Below, piece after piece: positions 23,714 through 31,197 of a stretch of DNA of 31,197 nt (the stretch's first letter is position 1; each line of letters begins with the position of its first letter). Source of the DNA: Candidatus Micrarchaeota archaeon. GTDB taxonomy: Archaea; Micrarchaeota; Micrarchaeia; Micrarchaeales; Micrarchaeaceae. The notes under the pieces were generated by a model, which saw nothing but the letters and a program-made list of their open reading frames with translations, made no database searches and had not been told where the DNA came from. The position numbers and the translations under genes are program-made. The DNA lies in NCBI GenBank assembly GCA_027365815.1, contig DAHXLV010000009.1, forward strand, positions 1 through 31,197. The letters are read 5' to 3'.

Positions 23714-23723
23714 TATTTAAATA
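23714..23723 (-). promoter_or_regulatory. TATA box of the rpl3 operon
   Basis: TATTTAAATA about 72 nt upstream of the rpl3 ATG, implying a 5' leader of about 50 nt. Confidence 0.55.
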
Positions 23724-23754
23724 GTTTTAGTTAGCGGCTGCGTATTTGCGGAAG

Positions 23755-24321
23755 TCAGCTTCGCAGGTTGGCTTTCTTTGACGGACGCCTCTTCAGGGTG
23801 CCGTACCCTTTCGCGGCTATGCCGCGGTGCGTCCTGCCGCTATATGTAAGCCCGCGGTATGCTCTGCCGCGCTGGGCCAGCAGCCCTGCATATTGGGGGT
23901 CTGAAGCCACCTGTGGGGCATTCCTGTCCAGCAGGATGACCTCGTAGAACCAATCGGACCCGGCCTGCCCTATAAAATAAGAATTGAGTACCTCTGTGTT
24001 GGAGAACCTTCTTGCGGCCCTCTCCTCAGCTATCGATTGTATGGATTTTGATGGGGAGAAGAACCTTCCGCTCTTGGACGGCTTCCTGCCTCCTCCGACG
24101 GTGTCCCTCTTCTTCTTTCCGCCTATTACCCTGACCCTTGCCACAAGCACCCCCTCCTTCGCCTTGTAACCAAGCTCCCTTGCCCGGGCTATGTTGGTGG
24201 GGCCAGGTATCCTGTTGACCGGCGGGTCGGCCCTCCACATCGTTATCCTTGCCTTGTAAATGGGGCTGCGCTCCTTGTACTCGCTTACAAAGGAGCTTTT
24301 CATCTGCTTGTACATGCTCAT
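23755..24321 (-). CDS. rpl15e: 50S ribosomal protein eL15
   Basis: ARARELGYKAKEG, GGRKPS, SIQSIAEERAAR, VLNSY, GRAYRGLT..GR..RG. Confidence 0.96.
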   Translation of the reverse strand: MSMYKQMKSSFVSEYKERSPIYKARITMWRADPPVNRIPGPTNIARARELGYKAKEGVLVARVRVIGGKKKRDTVGGGRKPSKSGRFFSPSKSIQSIAEERAARRFSNTEVLNSYFIGQAGSDWFYEVILLDRNAPQVASDPQYAGLLAQRGRAYRGLTYSGRTHRGIAAKGYGTLKRRPSKKANLRS

Positions 24322-24358
24322 TCGATCACAAACCGCTCATTAAAAAGCGCAGGCGAAT
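24320..24358 (-). promoter_or_regulatory. Candidate structured 5' leader of rpl15e
   Basis: TATA TTTTATAG at 24383-24376. ATTCG (24358-24354) pairs with CGAAT (24324-24320), which includes the first two bases of the start codon. Inner stem CGCTT/GAGCG. Confidence 0.45.
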
Positions 24359-24535
24359 ATTAGTTTCGTGTCAAGCTATAAAATACTTGGTATTGGATGC
24401 TGTGTTATTTTGAGGGTTCTGGGTTGAGGTTGCAAAATAACAAACTTTGACAAACATATTTCAACTTTTCGTTGTGTTTAAATATATTAATCCCGTATAC
24501 TACTTTAGACTGTCGTTCATGGTCTGGTGTTTATT

Positions 24536-25249
24536 ATGGCTAAAAGCAGGAAGGTCTCTAGAAAAAGTGCGAGAAAGGTTGTTGGTGGAAAGAAGGTCGC
24601 CAAGAAAGCCAGCGCCAAGAAAAGGCATGCCGCTGCAAGGAGCCAGCCGGAGCAGAAGGCTGTTGTTGATGCAAAGGCTGCAAGGCGCGGTTTCATACCC
24701 AACATCGCGCAGCCTGACGAGATAAAGGCAGCTCTGGATTCACTGCTTTCTGACTCAAATTCGCAGTCATTCCTTAGGAAGAATATCAGCAAGTGGGCGC
24801 CTGACGTCCTGAACATGCTGACAACGCCAAAGACCGATGATTACCTGGCAGAGCAGCTTGGTATGAAGATAAATGCTGTTAGGAGGATCCTGAACCTGAT
24901 GCAGGGATACGGGATAACAAATTATTATGTTGCGAAGAACACCAATGGATGGCTCTCTTTCGCGTGGTATGTCAATGCGAGCAAGGTGGCTCCGTTCTTC
25001 GAGTATATAAAGAATGTTTCGAGCAGGAGGACGGTGGTGACCACAGAGTGCAACGATTATTTCGTGTGCGACAGTTGCTACCCGAAGGATAAGTTGATAT
25101 TCACTTTTGATGCGGCTTACGAGGCTGCGTTCAGGTGCACATGCGGCCAGAAGTTTGCCAGAATAAACAAAGACTCTGCAGAGAAGCTTACGTTGGAGCC
25201 TCAAGGAGGCGCGGTTCCTGACGTAGACATCAATCCGAGCATCGCCTGA
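24536..25249 (+). CDS. tfe: Transcription factor E alpha (TFE) with a Lys/Arg-rich N-terminal extension
   Basis: Winged helix TDDYLAEQLGMKINAVRRIL...GWLSFAWY and zinc ribbon YFVCDSC...FTFDAAYEAAFRCTCG. Confidence 0.9.
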   Translation: MAKSRKVSRKSARKVVGGKKVAKKASAKKRHAAARSQPEQKAVVDAKAARRGFIPNIAQPDEIKAALDSLLSDSNSQSFLRKNISKWAPDVLNMLTTPKTDDYLAEQLGMKINAVRRILNLMQGYGITNYYVAKNTNGWLSFAWYVNASKVAPFFEYIKNVSSRRTVVTTECNDYFVCDSCYPKDKLIFTFDAAYEAAFRCTCGQKFARINKDSAEKLTLEPQGGAVPDVDINPSIA

Positions 25250-25299
25250 TTCTCTCTTCTTTTTATACTTTGCCGCCAAACATCTTTTGTTTTATTTGT

Positions 25300-25374
25300 A
25301 GCGAGGTAGGGTAGTCTGGAGTGCCCGTCGGGCTCATAACCCGAAGATCAGTGGTTCAAATCCACTCCTCGCTA
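25300..25374 (+). tRNA. Initiator tRNA-Met(CAU)
   Basis: A1:U72 acceptor AGCGAGG/CCTCGCT. Anticodon arm TCGGG-CTCATAA-CCCGA has three consecutive G-C pairs. T loop TTCAAAT. Confidence 0.96.
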
Positions 25375-25488
25375 TTCCACACACGACACTTCAGTTCCGC
25401 TATTCAAAAAGCAACAGAAAATTAAATATTGTCTTTTATATCTTATCTCTCAATATCATATTATATATAAAAACCGCGATTAGCGGAA

Positions 25489-25995
25489 GTGAGGGGTGTC
25501 TTCCTGGCCGAAAATGAACTATCTTATGACATGCTGTGGCAAACCTACCAGAAAGAGAAGAGGTCGAACGAGCTCCAGCTGATACCAAAGACATTCTATG
25601 AGGAAGCCGCAGCTCTGATCGGTGCGCTCAGGTCAAACATTGACGAAGGAGCAACCCAAAAGGAGAACGCCGCGCGCCTCCTTGAAGGCATATTTGAAAA
25701 GAGGAAGCAGAAAATCATGATGTACGCGGCTTACGGCAGAAAGCTTCCAGAGCCAATGCCGCAGCAGGAAGCCGCATTGTACGACGGCGCTGTAAAGATG
25801 ATGAAGGAAAGCACCCTTGACAAGACCAGAAACGGGCCCGCCACGAACCAGCTAAGAGCCATACAGGCGATTCCCGAGATAATACTGCCATCAGGGAAAA
25901 AATTGGGGCCGCTGGAGAAGGACCAGACACTAGAGGTCAAGGACAGGGAAGACTGCATGTTCTTGATGAACAATAACATTTGCAAAGAGGTATGA
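25489..25995 (+). CDS. GINS complex subunit (Gins15/Gins51-like); true start uncertain (GTG 25489 or CTG 25504)
   Basis: YQKEKRSNELQLIPKTFYEEA...EKRKQKIMMYA A-domain and IPEIILPSGKKLGPLEKDQ B-domain; lies upstream of rpl44e. Confidence 0.85.
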   Translation: MRGVFLAENELSYDMLWQTYQKEKRSNELQLIPKTFYEEAAALIGALRSNIDEGATQKENAARLLEGIFEKRKQKIMMYAAYGRKLPEPMPQQEAALYDGAVKMMKESTLDKTRNGPATNQLRAIQAIPEIILPSGKKLGPLEKDQTLEVKDREDCMFLMNNNICKEV

Positions 25996-25997
25996 TC

Positions 25998-26282
25998 ATG
26001 GAAATGGTAAAAGAGGTAAGGACGTTCTGCCCGAAGTGCAACAAGCATACTGTACACACGGCGAAGCTCTACGCTGGAAAGGCTGAGCGGGGCCTGAGTA
26101 TGGGGACCAGGAGGAGCCAGCGGAAGCGCAAAGGGTACTTCGGCAAGGTAAAGGGCCAGGCCACCAGAATAAAGACCTCAAAAAGGCAGAAGATCCTCTT
26201 GCAGTGCAAAGAGTGCGGCTACACGATCGAGCGTGTGATGGGCACAAGGACCAAAAAGAAGCTCGAGATAAAGGCACAGTGA
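25998..26282 (+). CDS. rpl44e: 50S ribosomal protein eL42 (L44e)
   Basis: MEMVKEVRTFCPKCNKHTVH and KTSKRQKILLQCKECG. Confidence 0.95.
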   Translation: MEMVKEVRTFCPKCNKHTVHTAKLYAGKAERGLSMGTRRSQRKRKGYFGKVKGQATRIKTSKRQKILLQCKECGYTIERVMGTRTKKKLEIKAQ

Positions 26283-26286
26283 ACGA

Positions 26287-27078
26287 ATGGCGCAAGAAGA
26301 GACACCAAGGATAGGATCTCTGGTAATAGCACAGGTGTCGAAGATAACACAGTTCGGCGCTTACTGCAGGCTGCCGGAATACAACAACCTAGAGGTATTC
26401 ATGCCGATACGCGAGGTATCATCCGGATGGATAAAGAACATACGCGAGTTCATACATGAAGGGCAGAACCTCGTATGCAAAGTCACCCTTTATGACAAGG
26501 ATAGGAACACGATAGACGTTTCCCTAAAGAAAGTCACACCGAAAGAGACAAAGGTCAAGATAGGTGCGTACAATCTCGAAAAAAGGCTCGCTGCGCTCCT
26601 GCAGCAGGCTGCCAAGCAGGCAGGCATAAACGGCAAGGATGCACAGCTGCAGGATATACACATAGAGTTTGGAACGTACGCCAACCTGTTTCAGCACGCG
26701 GCCGACAATTCCGAGCAGTTCGAAGCGCTGAAAATACCAAAAAGGCTCAAGGAGGAGATACAGAAGGCTATCGAAGCAAACAGGAAGGAGAAGAAGCACA
26801 CCGTCTCCTACATCGCCACGATACAGACGCACAACACAGAGAACGGAGCCACCGAGCTCAGGGGGCTGCTCGCGGCAGCAGAGCACGAGGGAGTGCAGGT
26901 ATCCTATATAAGCGCCCCGAAATATAGGTTCATAGCGGATGGAAAGGATTATGTAGAGGCGGAAAACAAGATAAAGAAGGCAGAGACAGACATATCAACA
27001 AAACTCAAGAAGGGGATATTTAAGCTGGAGAAGGAGAAACTCAGGAAGGAGAAGGAGGACATCCTGGCGCAGATATGA
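26287..27078 (+). CDS. eif2a: Translation initiation factor aIF2 alpha
   Basis: S1 domain GSLVIAQV...LPEYNNLEVFMPIREVSSGWIKNIREFI, IDVSLKKV, and YISAPKYR. Confidence 0.96.
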   Translation: MAQEETPRIGSLVIAQVSKITQFGAYCRLPEYNNLEVFMPIREVSSGWIKNIREFIHEGQNLVCKVTLYDKDRNTIDVSLKKVTPKETKVKIGAYNLEKRLAALLQQAAKQAGINGKDAQLQDIHIEFGTYANLFQHAADNSEQFEALKIPKRLKEEIQKAIEANRKEKKHTVSYIATIQTHNTENGATELRGLLAAAEHEGVQVSYISAPKYRFIADGKDYVEAENKIKKAETDISTKLKKGIFKLEKEKLRKEKEDILAQI

Positions 27079-27082
27079 TAAC

Positions 27083-27877
27083 ATGGAAGAGGAACACACA
27101 GTAATAGAATGGGAAAAGGAGGCGAAGCTGAACAACCCGATACTGGTAGTCGGCCTGCCGGGCATAGGAAACGTCGGCAAGCTTGTGGCTGAACACTTAA
27201 AGAATGAGTTTGAAGGCGAAAAGCTAGCGACGCTGTACTCAAACCACTTCCCGCACAAGGTCATAATGCTCAAGAATGGTGGGATAAGGCTAGCAAGCAA
27301 CAGATTCTACTTCATAAAGAGCAGGAAGAAAGGGGGCAACGACATCGTTGTACTGACTGGTGACGACCAGGCAGTGACCCCAGAGGGCCAATACGAGGTC
27401 AATGATAAAATAGTGAGCTTCTTCAAGGACAAGCTCAAGGGAAAATTCATCTACACGATAGGTGGCTACACGACAGGAGAGGCGATAACCGGCACGCCTC
27501 GCGTGTTCGGCAACGCCACCAGCAAGCAGGTCATAGGCACGTTCAAGGGATCGACCGTCATATTCGGCCAGTCAAAGGGCATGATATGGGGCTCGGCAGG
27601 GCTGATTATCGCATTCGCGAAGCACAAGAAGCTGGACGGCGTCTGCCTCATGGGCGAGACTAACTTCGTGGACCTCGATGCGGCCGCAGCAAAATCTGTC
27701 CTCATAGCACTGGCCGACAGGCTCGGGCTAACGATAGACACAAAGAACCTCGACAAGATAATAGAGAAGACAGCGCAGACAATAAAGGAGATAGAGCAGC
27801 AGATGACGGCTTCCTTCCCGGCGCAGCAGGGGGCGCCAGGCTCCCCGCAAGAGCAGCATCCAACCTACATACGATAG
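27083..27877 (+). CDS. PAC2 family proteasome assembly chaperone
   Basis: PILVVGLPGIGNVGKL, LYSNHFP, IYTIGGY, GMIWGSAGLI, CLMGET, DAAAAKSVL. Confidence 0.93.
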   Translation: MEEEHTVIEWEKEAKLNNPILVVGLPGIGNVGKLVAEHLKNEFEGEKLATLYSNHFPHKVIMLKNGGIRLASNRFYFIKSRKKGGNDIVVLTGDDQAVTPEGQYEVNDKIVSFFKDKLKGKFIYTIGGYTTGEAITGTPRVFGNATSKQVIGTFKGSTVIFGQSKGMIWGSAGLIIAFAKHKKLDGVCLMGETNFVDLDAAAAKSVLIALADRLGLTIDTKNLDKIIEKTAQTIKEIEQQMTASFPAQQGAPGSPQEQHPTYIR

Positions 27878-27995
27878 CCAGGAGAACGTTATCTGGCTAC
27901 CTTTTCTTCCGTTTTGTGTCTAACAGACAACAAATGTATGCAGATACAAACGCGCACTATGGTCCAATTTAAACCCTTCGAAGAGCATAAGGATC

Positions 27996-29144
27996 ATGAA
28001 ACGATACTTCTCTTCAGAGAGCGTCACAGAAGGGCATCCGGATAAGGTGTGCGATGCCATAAGCGATGCGATACTGGATGCATGCCTGGAGAAGGATCCT
28101 AACAGCAGAGTTGCGGTAGAGACGCTCGCAACTAAAGATTTCTGCTGCATAGCCGGCGAGGTCACGACTAAAGCCGATGTGGATTTCAAGGAGGTGGCCA
28201 GGCGCAAAATACGCGACATAGGGTATACGGACCCGGATTTAGGATTTTCCGACAAATCAGAGATATTGGTCCTGATACACCTCCAGAGCCCTGACATATC
28301 GCAAGGCGTCGATGCGAAAGAGCAGGGCGCGGGGGACCAGGGGCTCATGTTTGGTTACGCCACAAACGAGACCGAGCAGATGATGCCCCTGCCCATAGTG
28401 CTGGCGCACTCCCTAACCGCAAAGCTTGCCGAAGCAAGGAAGAGCGGCAGCATACTGGGCATATTGCCAGACGGCAAAAGCCAAGTAACCATAGCGTATG
28501 AAGGCAGGATCCCTAGGCGGGCGGAAGCCGTAGTGGTATCTGTGCATCACAAGGATTGCGACATCGCAAAGCTGCGCGGAGAGATACTGGAGAAAGTCAT
28601 ACGGCCTGTTATGGGTGCATGGCTGGACCAAAGGACAAAAATATTCATAAACCAGACGGGCAGGTTCGTGCTCGGCGGGCCGGCCGCAGACACAGGCGTA
28701 ACCGGCAGAAAGATAATTGTAGACAGCTACGGCGGCAGGGGCAGGCACGGCGGCGGCGCATTTTCAGGCAAGGACCCGTCCAAAGTTGACAGGTCGGCAG
28801 CTTACATGGCCAGGTATATAGCAAAGAACGTGGTGGCCGCCGGCCTCGCCGAGGAATGCGAGATACAGATAGCATACTGCATAGGGTATCCGCATCCAAT
28901 CAGCGTGCATGTGGGCTGCTTCGGCACAAATAAGGTCCAGCAAAAAGCCCTGGAAGCGTTGATACTGAAGAATTTTGACCTCAGGCCGTCCGCCATAATA
29001 CGGGAACTGGGGCTCAGGAACCCAATATACTCGAAAACAGCAGCATACGGCCATTTCGGCAAAGAGGGCATGCCATGGGAGATGACAGACAAGGCAAACA
29101 TTTTAAGAGGGCAAGCGAGCAATCCCACCAGTAACACAGCGTAA
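27996..29144 (+). CDS. metK: S-adenosylmethionine synthetase, bacterial/eukaryal type
   Basis: SESVTEGHPDK, GAGDQG, PDGKSQVT, DTGVTGRKIIVDSYGG, GGGAFSGKDPSKVDRSAAY. Confidence 0.97.
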   Translation: MKRYFSSESVTEGHPDKVCDAISDAILDACLEKDPNSRVAVETLATKDFCCIAGEVTTKADVDFKEVARRKIRDIGYTDPDLGFSDKSEILVLIHLQSPDISQGVDAKEQGAGDQGLMFGYATNETEQMMPLPIVLAHSLTAKLAEARKSGSILGILPDGKSQVTIAYEGRIPRRAEAVVVSVHHKDCDIAKLRGEILEKVIRPVMGAWLDQRTKIFINQTGRFVLGGPAADTGVTGRKIIVDSYGGRGRHGGGAFSGKDPSKVDRSAAYMARYIAKNVVAAGLAEECEIQIAYCIGYPHPISVHVGCFGTNKVQQKALEALILKNFDLRPSAIIRELGLRNPIYSKTAAYGHFGKEGMPWEMTDKANILRGQASNPTSNTA

Positions 29145-29146
29145 CA

Positions 29147-29219
29147 GCGCCAGTAATCTAGCCTGGTAGGATCTGAGCTTCCCAAGCTCAATGCCCGGGT
29201 TCAAATCCCGGCTGGCGCA
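29147..29219 (+). tRNA. tRNA-Gly(CCC)
   Basis: GCGCCAG/CTGGCGC, anticodon arm TGAGC-TTCCCAA-GCTCA, T arm CCGGG-TTCAAAT-CCCGG. It starts 2 nt after the metK stop. Confidence 0.96.
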
Positions 29220-29921
29220 TCATATTATCAGGGCAAGCAGCAACGCGCCTACCAAACCGCCGCACACGCTGCATATGAAGTTTGAGGAGAACTTGTTACC
29301 TATGCCCCTCTCTTCAAAATGGCCGAGCACGGAATCGACAACAGTCCCTACAAAGCCGCCTGCGGCTATCGCAATGAGCGCGTAGAGCGCAATCCCGGCT
29401 GGCTGGGCAATGGGCACCCCTGTTCTGAAGACTATGAAAGAGAAAGGCACAGCCACCAGCAGCGCAGCGAATAGACCGGCGGCGAGGCCGAACGTGGTGA
29501 TCCCCCCTGAAGCCCCCTTCTTAACGTTCTTCAGTGTAAACAGGTCCTTCGGCTGGCCGTCAAGCACCCCAAGCTCGCTGCTGAACTTGTCTGAGGTCAC
29601 AGCCGCTACGCTGGCACCGAAACCTGCGAGCCCGGCAATTGCCCAGACCGCAGAGCCGTTCAAGGCGCCAACAAAGAATACAAATGTGAAGATGAGCGGG
29701 CCTGTACCGTTCGATATCACATTGGCTATGCTCCTGCTCTTCTGGTAAACACCCAGGGCCCTCTTCCTCTGCCTGCCTGCATTGGTGACCAGCGCGGAAA
29801 GCAGCAAAAAGTAGAGCATGAACGCTAAGAAAAGCAGGCTGAAGTTCCCAAACAGCAGGAACAAGAATGCCAGTGCCAGCGCAGCCACAACGCCCTTTAT
29901 GTCGAGAGTAAGGAAGCCCAT
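29220..29921 (-). CDS. DUF92/TMEM19 family membrane protein
   Basis: RSIANVISNG, AAVTSDKFSSELG, SGGITTFG and VDSVLG. Confidence 0.88.
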   Translation of the reverse strand: MGFLTLDIKGVVAALALAFLFLLFGNFSLLFLAFMLYFLLLSALVTNAGRQRKRALGVYQKSRSIANVISNGTGPLIFTFVFFVGALNGSAVWAIAGLAGFGASVAAVTSDKFSSELGVLDGQPKDLFTLKNVKKGASGGITTFGLAAGLFAALLVAVPFSFIVFRTGVPIAQPAGIALYALIAIAAGGFVGTVVDSVLGHFEERGIGNKFSSNFICSVCGGLVGALLLALII

Positions 29922-30003
29922 ACTATTCCATTTATATGAAATTATATTCCGCTAATACATCTTATAAGAAAGCTTTTTAGAACTATACTACGCTAACCTT
30001 ATT

Positions 30004-30071
30004 ACGGGTTCTCTACTGTAGGAAGGTCGTGAAGAACTGGTCGCCTTGCCAGCGTGGAAACACGCTGGCAC
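30004..30071 (+). ncRNA. Candidate two-hairpin small RNA upstream of radA
   Basis: BRE/TATA-like AGAAAGC-TTTTTAGA at about 29967-29981. Imperfect stem GGTTCTCTAC/GTGAAGAACT, perfect 10-bp stem TGCCAGCGTG-GAAA-CACGCTGGCA (30047-30070), then a pyrimidine run. Confidence 0.45.
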
Positions 30072-30084
30072 TATTTCTTCTTTC
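30072..30084 (+). terminator. Pyrimidine/T-rich archaeal-type terminator after the GAAA hairpin
   Basis: TATTTCTTCTTTC directly follows the stem. Confidence 0.4.
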
Positions 30085-30105
30085 AATATCCTAATGCCTG
30101 CAAGC

Positions 30106-30113
30106 TATAAATA
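30106..30113 (+). promoter_or_regulatory. TATA box of radA
   Basis: TATAAATA about 110 nt upstream of the ATG. Confidence 0.55.
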
Positions 30114-30224
30114 TCAGACGCAGTCATGCGCGCCAACGCGCATGCAAGGCAACACATGCAGGCATCGTTGAATTGCGACCAAACAGCTAAAAAGCTCAAA
30201 TGAGAATATAGACTGCGTGTTTTC

Positions 30225-31172
30225 ATGCCAAAAGAAAAAGCTCCGCATGAACTTGAGGACCTGCCTGGCATCGGCCCCACATCCGCCGAAAAACTAAGGG
30301 CGGCAGGCATAGACACATTGGAAAAGGTAGCCGGAGCCTTCCCGGCCAACATATCGGACGCGTGCGGCATAAGCCAAGACGCAGCAAAGAAGGCAATAGA
30401 CGCAGCCAGGGAGGCGACCACGCTCAATTATGAGACCGCAAAGGCGATACTGAAAAGGAGGGAGGATATCGGCAGGATATCCACAGGATCGAAGGACCTG
30501 GACGAACTGATCGGCGGCGGGGTTGAGACAGACGCTGTAACGGAGGTCTACGGCAGGTTTGCAAGCGGCAAGACCCAGATAGGGTTCCAGCTCGCGGTAA
30601 ACGTGCAGCTCCCGAAGAAGGAGGGAGGACTGGGCGGCAATGCGCTGTTCATAGACACAGAAGGCACATTCAGGCCAGAACGGATAGTGTCCATGGCCAA
30701 GGCAGCCGGGCTAGACCCTGATAAGACGCTCGAAAACATAGTCGTAGTGAGGGCGCTAAACACAGACCAGCAGGTGCTCACTGCAGAAAGGGCAGACAAG
30801 CTCATAGTGGAGAAGAACATAAAACTTATAATAGTCGATTCGCTCACGTCGCTCTTCAGAGCAGAGTTCCTAGGAAGGGGCGCCCTTAATGAGAGGCAGC
30901 AGAAGCTCAACTCCCACATACACAGACTGGCGCTGCTCGCAAACAAGTATAACCTTGCGGTATACGTGACCAACCAGGTGATGGACAACCCTGGAATGCT
31001 GTTTGGGGACCCTACTACCCCGATAGGCGGCAACATACTTGCACATGCTGCCACCACCATGCTCTACCTGAGGAAAAGCAAGGAGGACAAGCGGATAGTC
31101 AGGCTGGTGGACTCTCCGGTAAACCAGGAGGGCGAGGGCGTGATACGGATAACACCTGATGGCATAAAGTGA
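30225..31172 (+). CDS. radA: DNA repair and recombination protein RadA (no intein)
   Basis: N-terminal Hh[16 protein letters not shown], Walker [39 protein letters not shown]. Confidence 0.98.
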   Translation: MPKEKAPHELEDLPGIGPTSAEKLRAAGIDTLEKVAGAFPANISDACGISQDAAKKAIDAAREATTLNYETAKAILKRREDIGRISTGSKDLDELIGGGVETDAVTEVYGRFASGKTQIGFQLAVNVQLPKKEGGLGGNALFIDTEGTFRPERIVSMAKAAGLDPDKTLENIVVVRALNTDQQVLTAERADKLIVEKNIKLIIVDSLTSLFRAEFLGRGALNERQQKLNSHIHRLALLANKYNLAVYVTNQVMDNPGMLFGDPTTPIGGNILAHAATTMLYLRKSKEDKRIVRLVDSPVNQEGEGVIRITPDGIK

Positions 31173-31197
31173 TACGATGCTATTTCTAGTAGGGACT

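Noticed and set aside
29989-29999. 11-mer TACGCTAACCT shared with the tRNA-Pro D-arm (13015-13005)
   Set aside because: Too short and from the 5' half of the tRNA; att duplications involve the 3' end, and no integrase is present.
1-31197. CRISPR arrays, IS elements, inteins (RadA checked) and tRNA introns
   Set aside because: No regularly spaced repeats, transposase motifs or intein blocks were seen. All four tRNAs are 73-75 nt and uninterrupted.
31177-31197. Start of a further ORF after radA (GTGAT SD then ATG CTA TTT CTA)
   Set aside because: Only about 7 codons lie inside the window, too few to call.

Overview
Gene-dense archaeal chromosome segment of roughly 50-55% GC (estimated by eye). 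It has TATA/BRE promoters and GGAGGTGAT-type Shine-Dalgarno (SD) sites. Gene content and divergence suggest a DPANN organism, probably Micrarchaeota-like; this is an inference, since no phylogeny was run. From left to right: (1) a tightly coupled six-gene operon at 1-4124, truncated at the window start, with a VirB6/CedA-like membrane protein, an apparently split and miniaturised VirB4/HerA-type ATPase and small membrane proteins; (2) a metabolic block with Rieske ferredoxin, aldo-keto reductase, a lone purF, cydAB, a polyprenol/phytol kinase and a DJ-1 homologue lacking catalytic residues; (3) an information-processing core with PCNA, tRNA-Pro(CGG), a PriL whose C-terminus looks like PriX with no Fe-S cysteines, a stand-alone 5S rRNA with a shortened distal stem, Rpp21, tRNA-Ile with the rare UAU anticodon, an N-terminally extended AglB, the L3-L4-L23-L2-S19-L22-S3 operon, eL15, TFE, initiator tRNA-Met, GINS, L44e, aIF2-alpha, PAC2, a bacterial-type MetK, tRNA-Gly(CCC), DUF92 and RadA. 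Three intergenic islands of about 70-85 nt look like promoter-bearing structured RNAs that I could not assign to a known class. I saw no CRISPR array, transposase, integrase, intein or tRNA intron.
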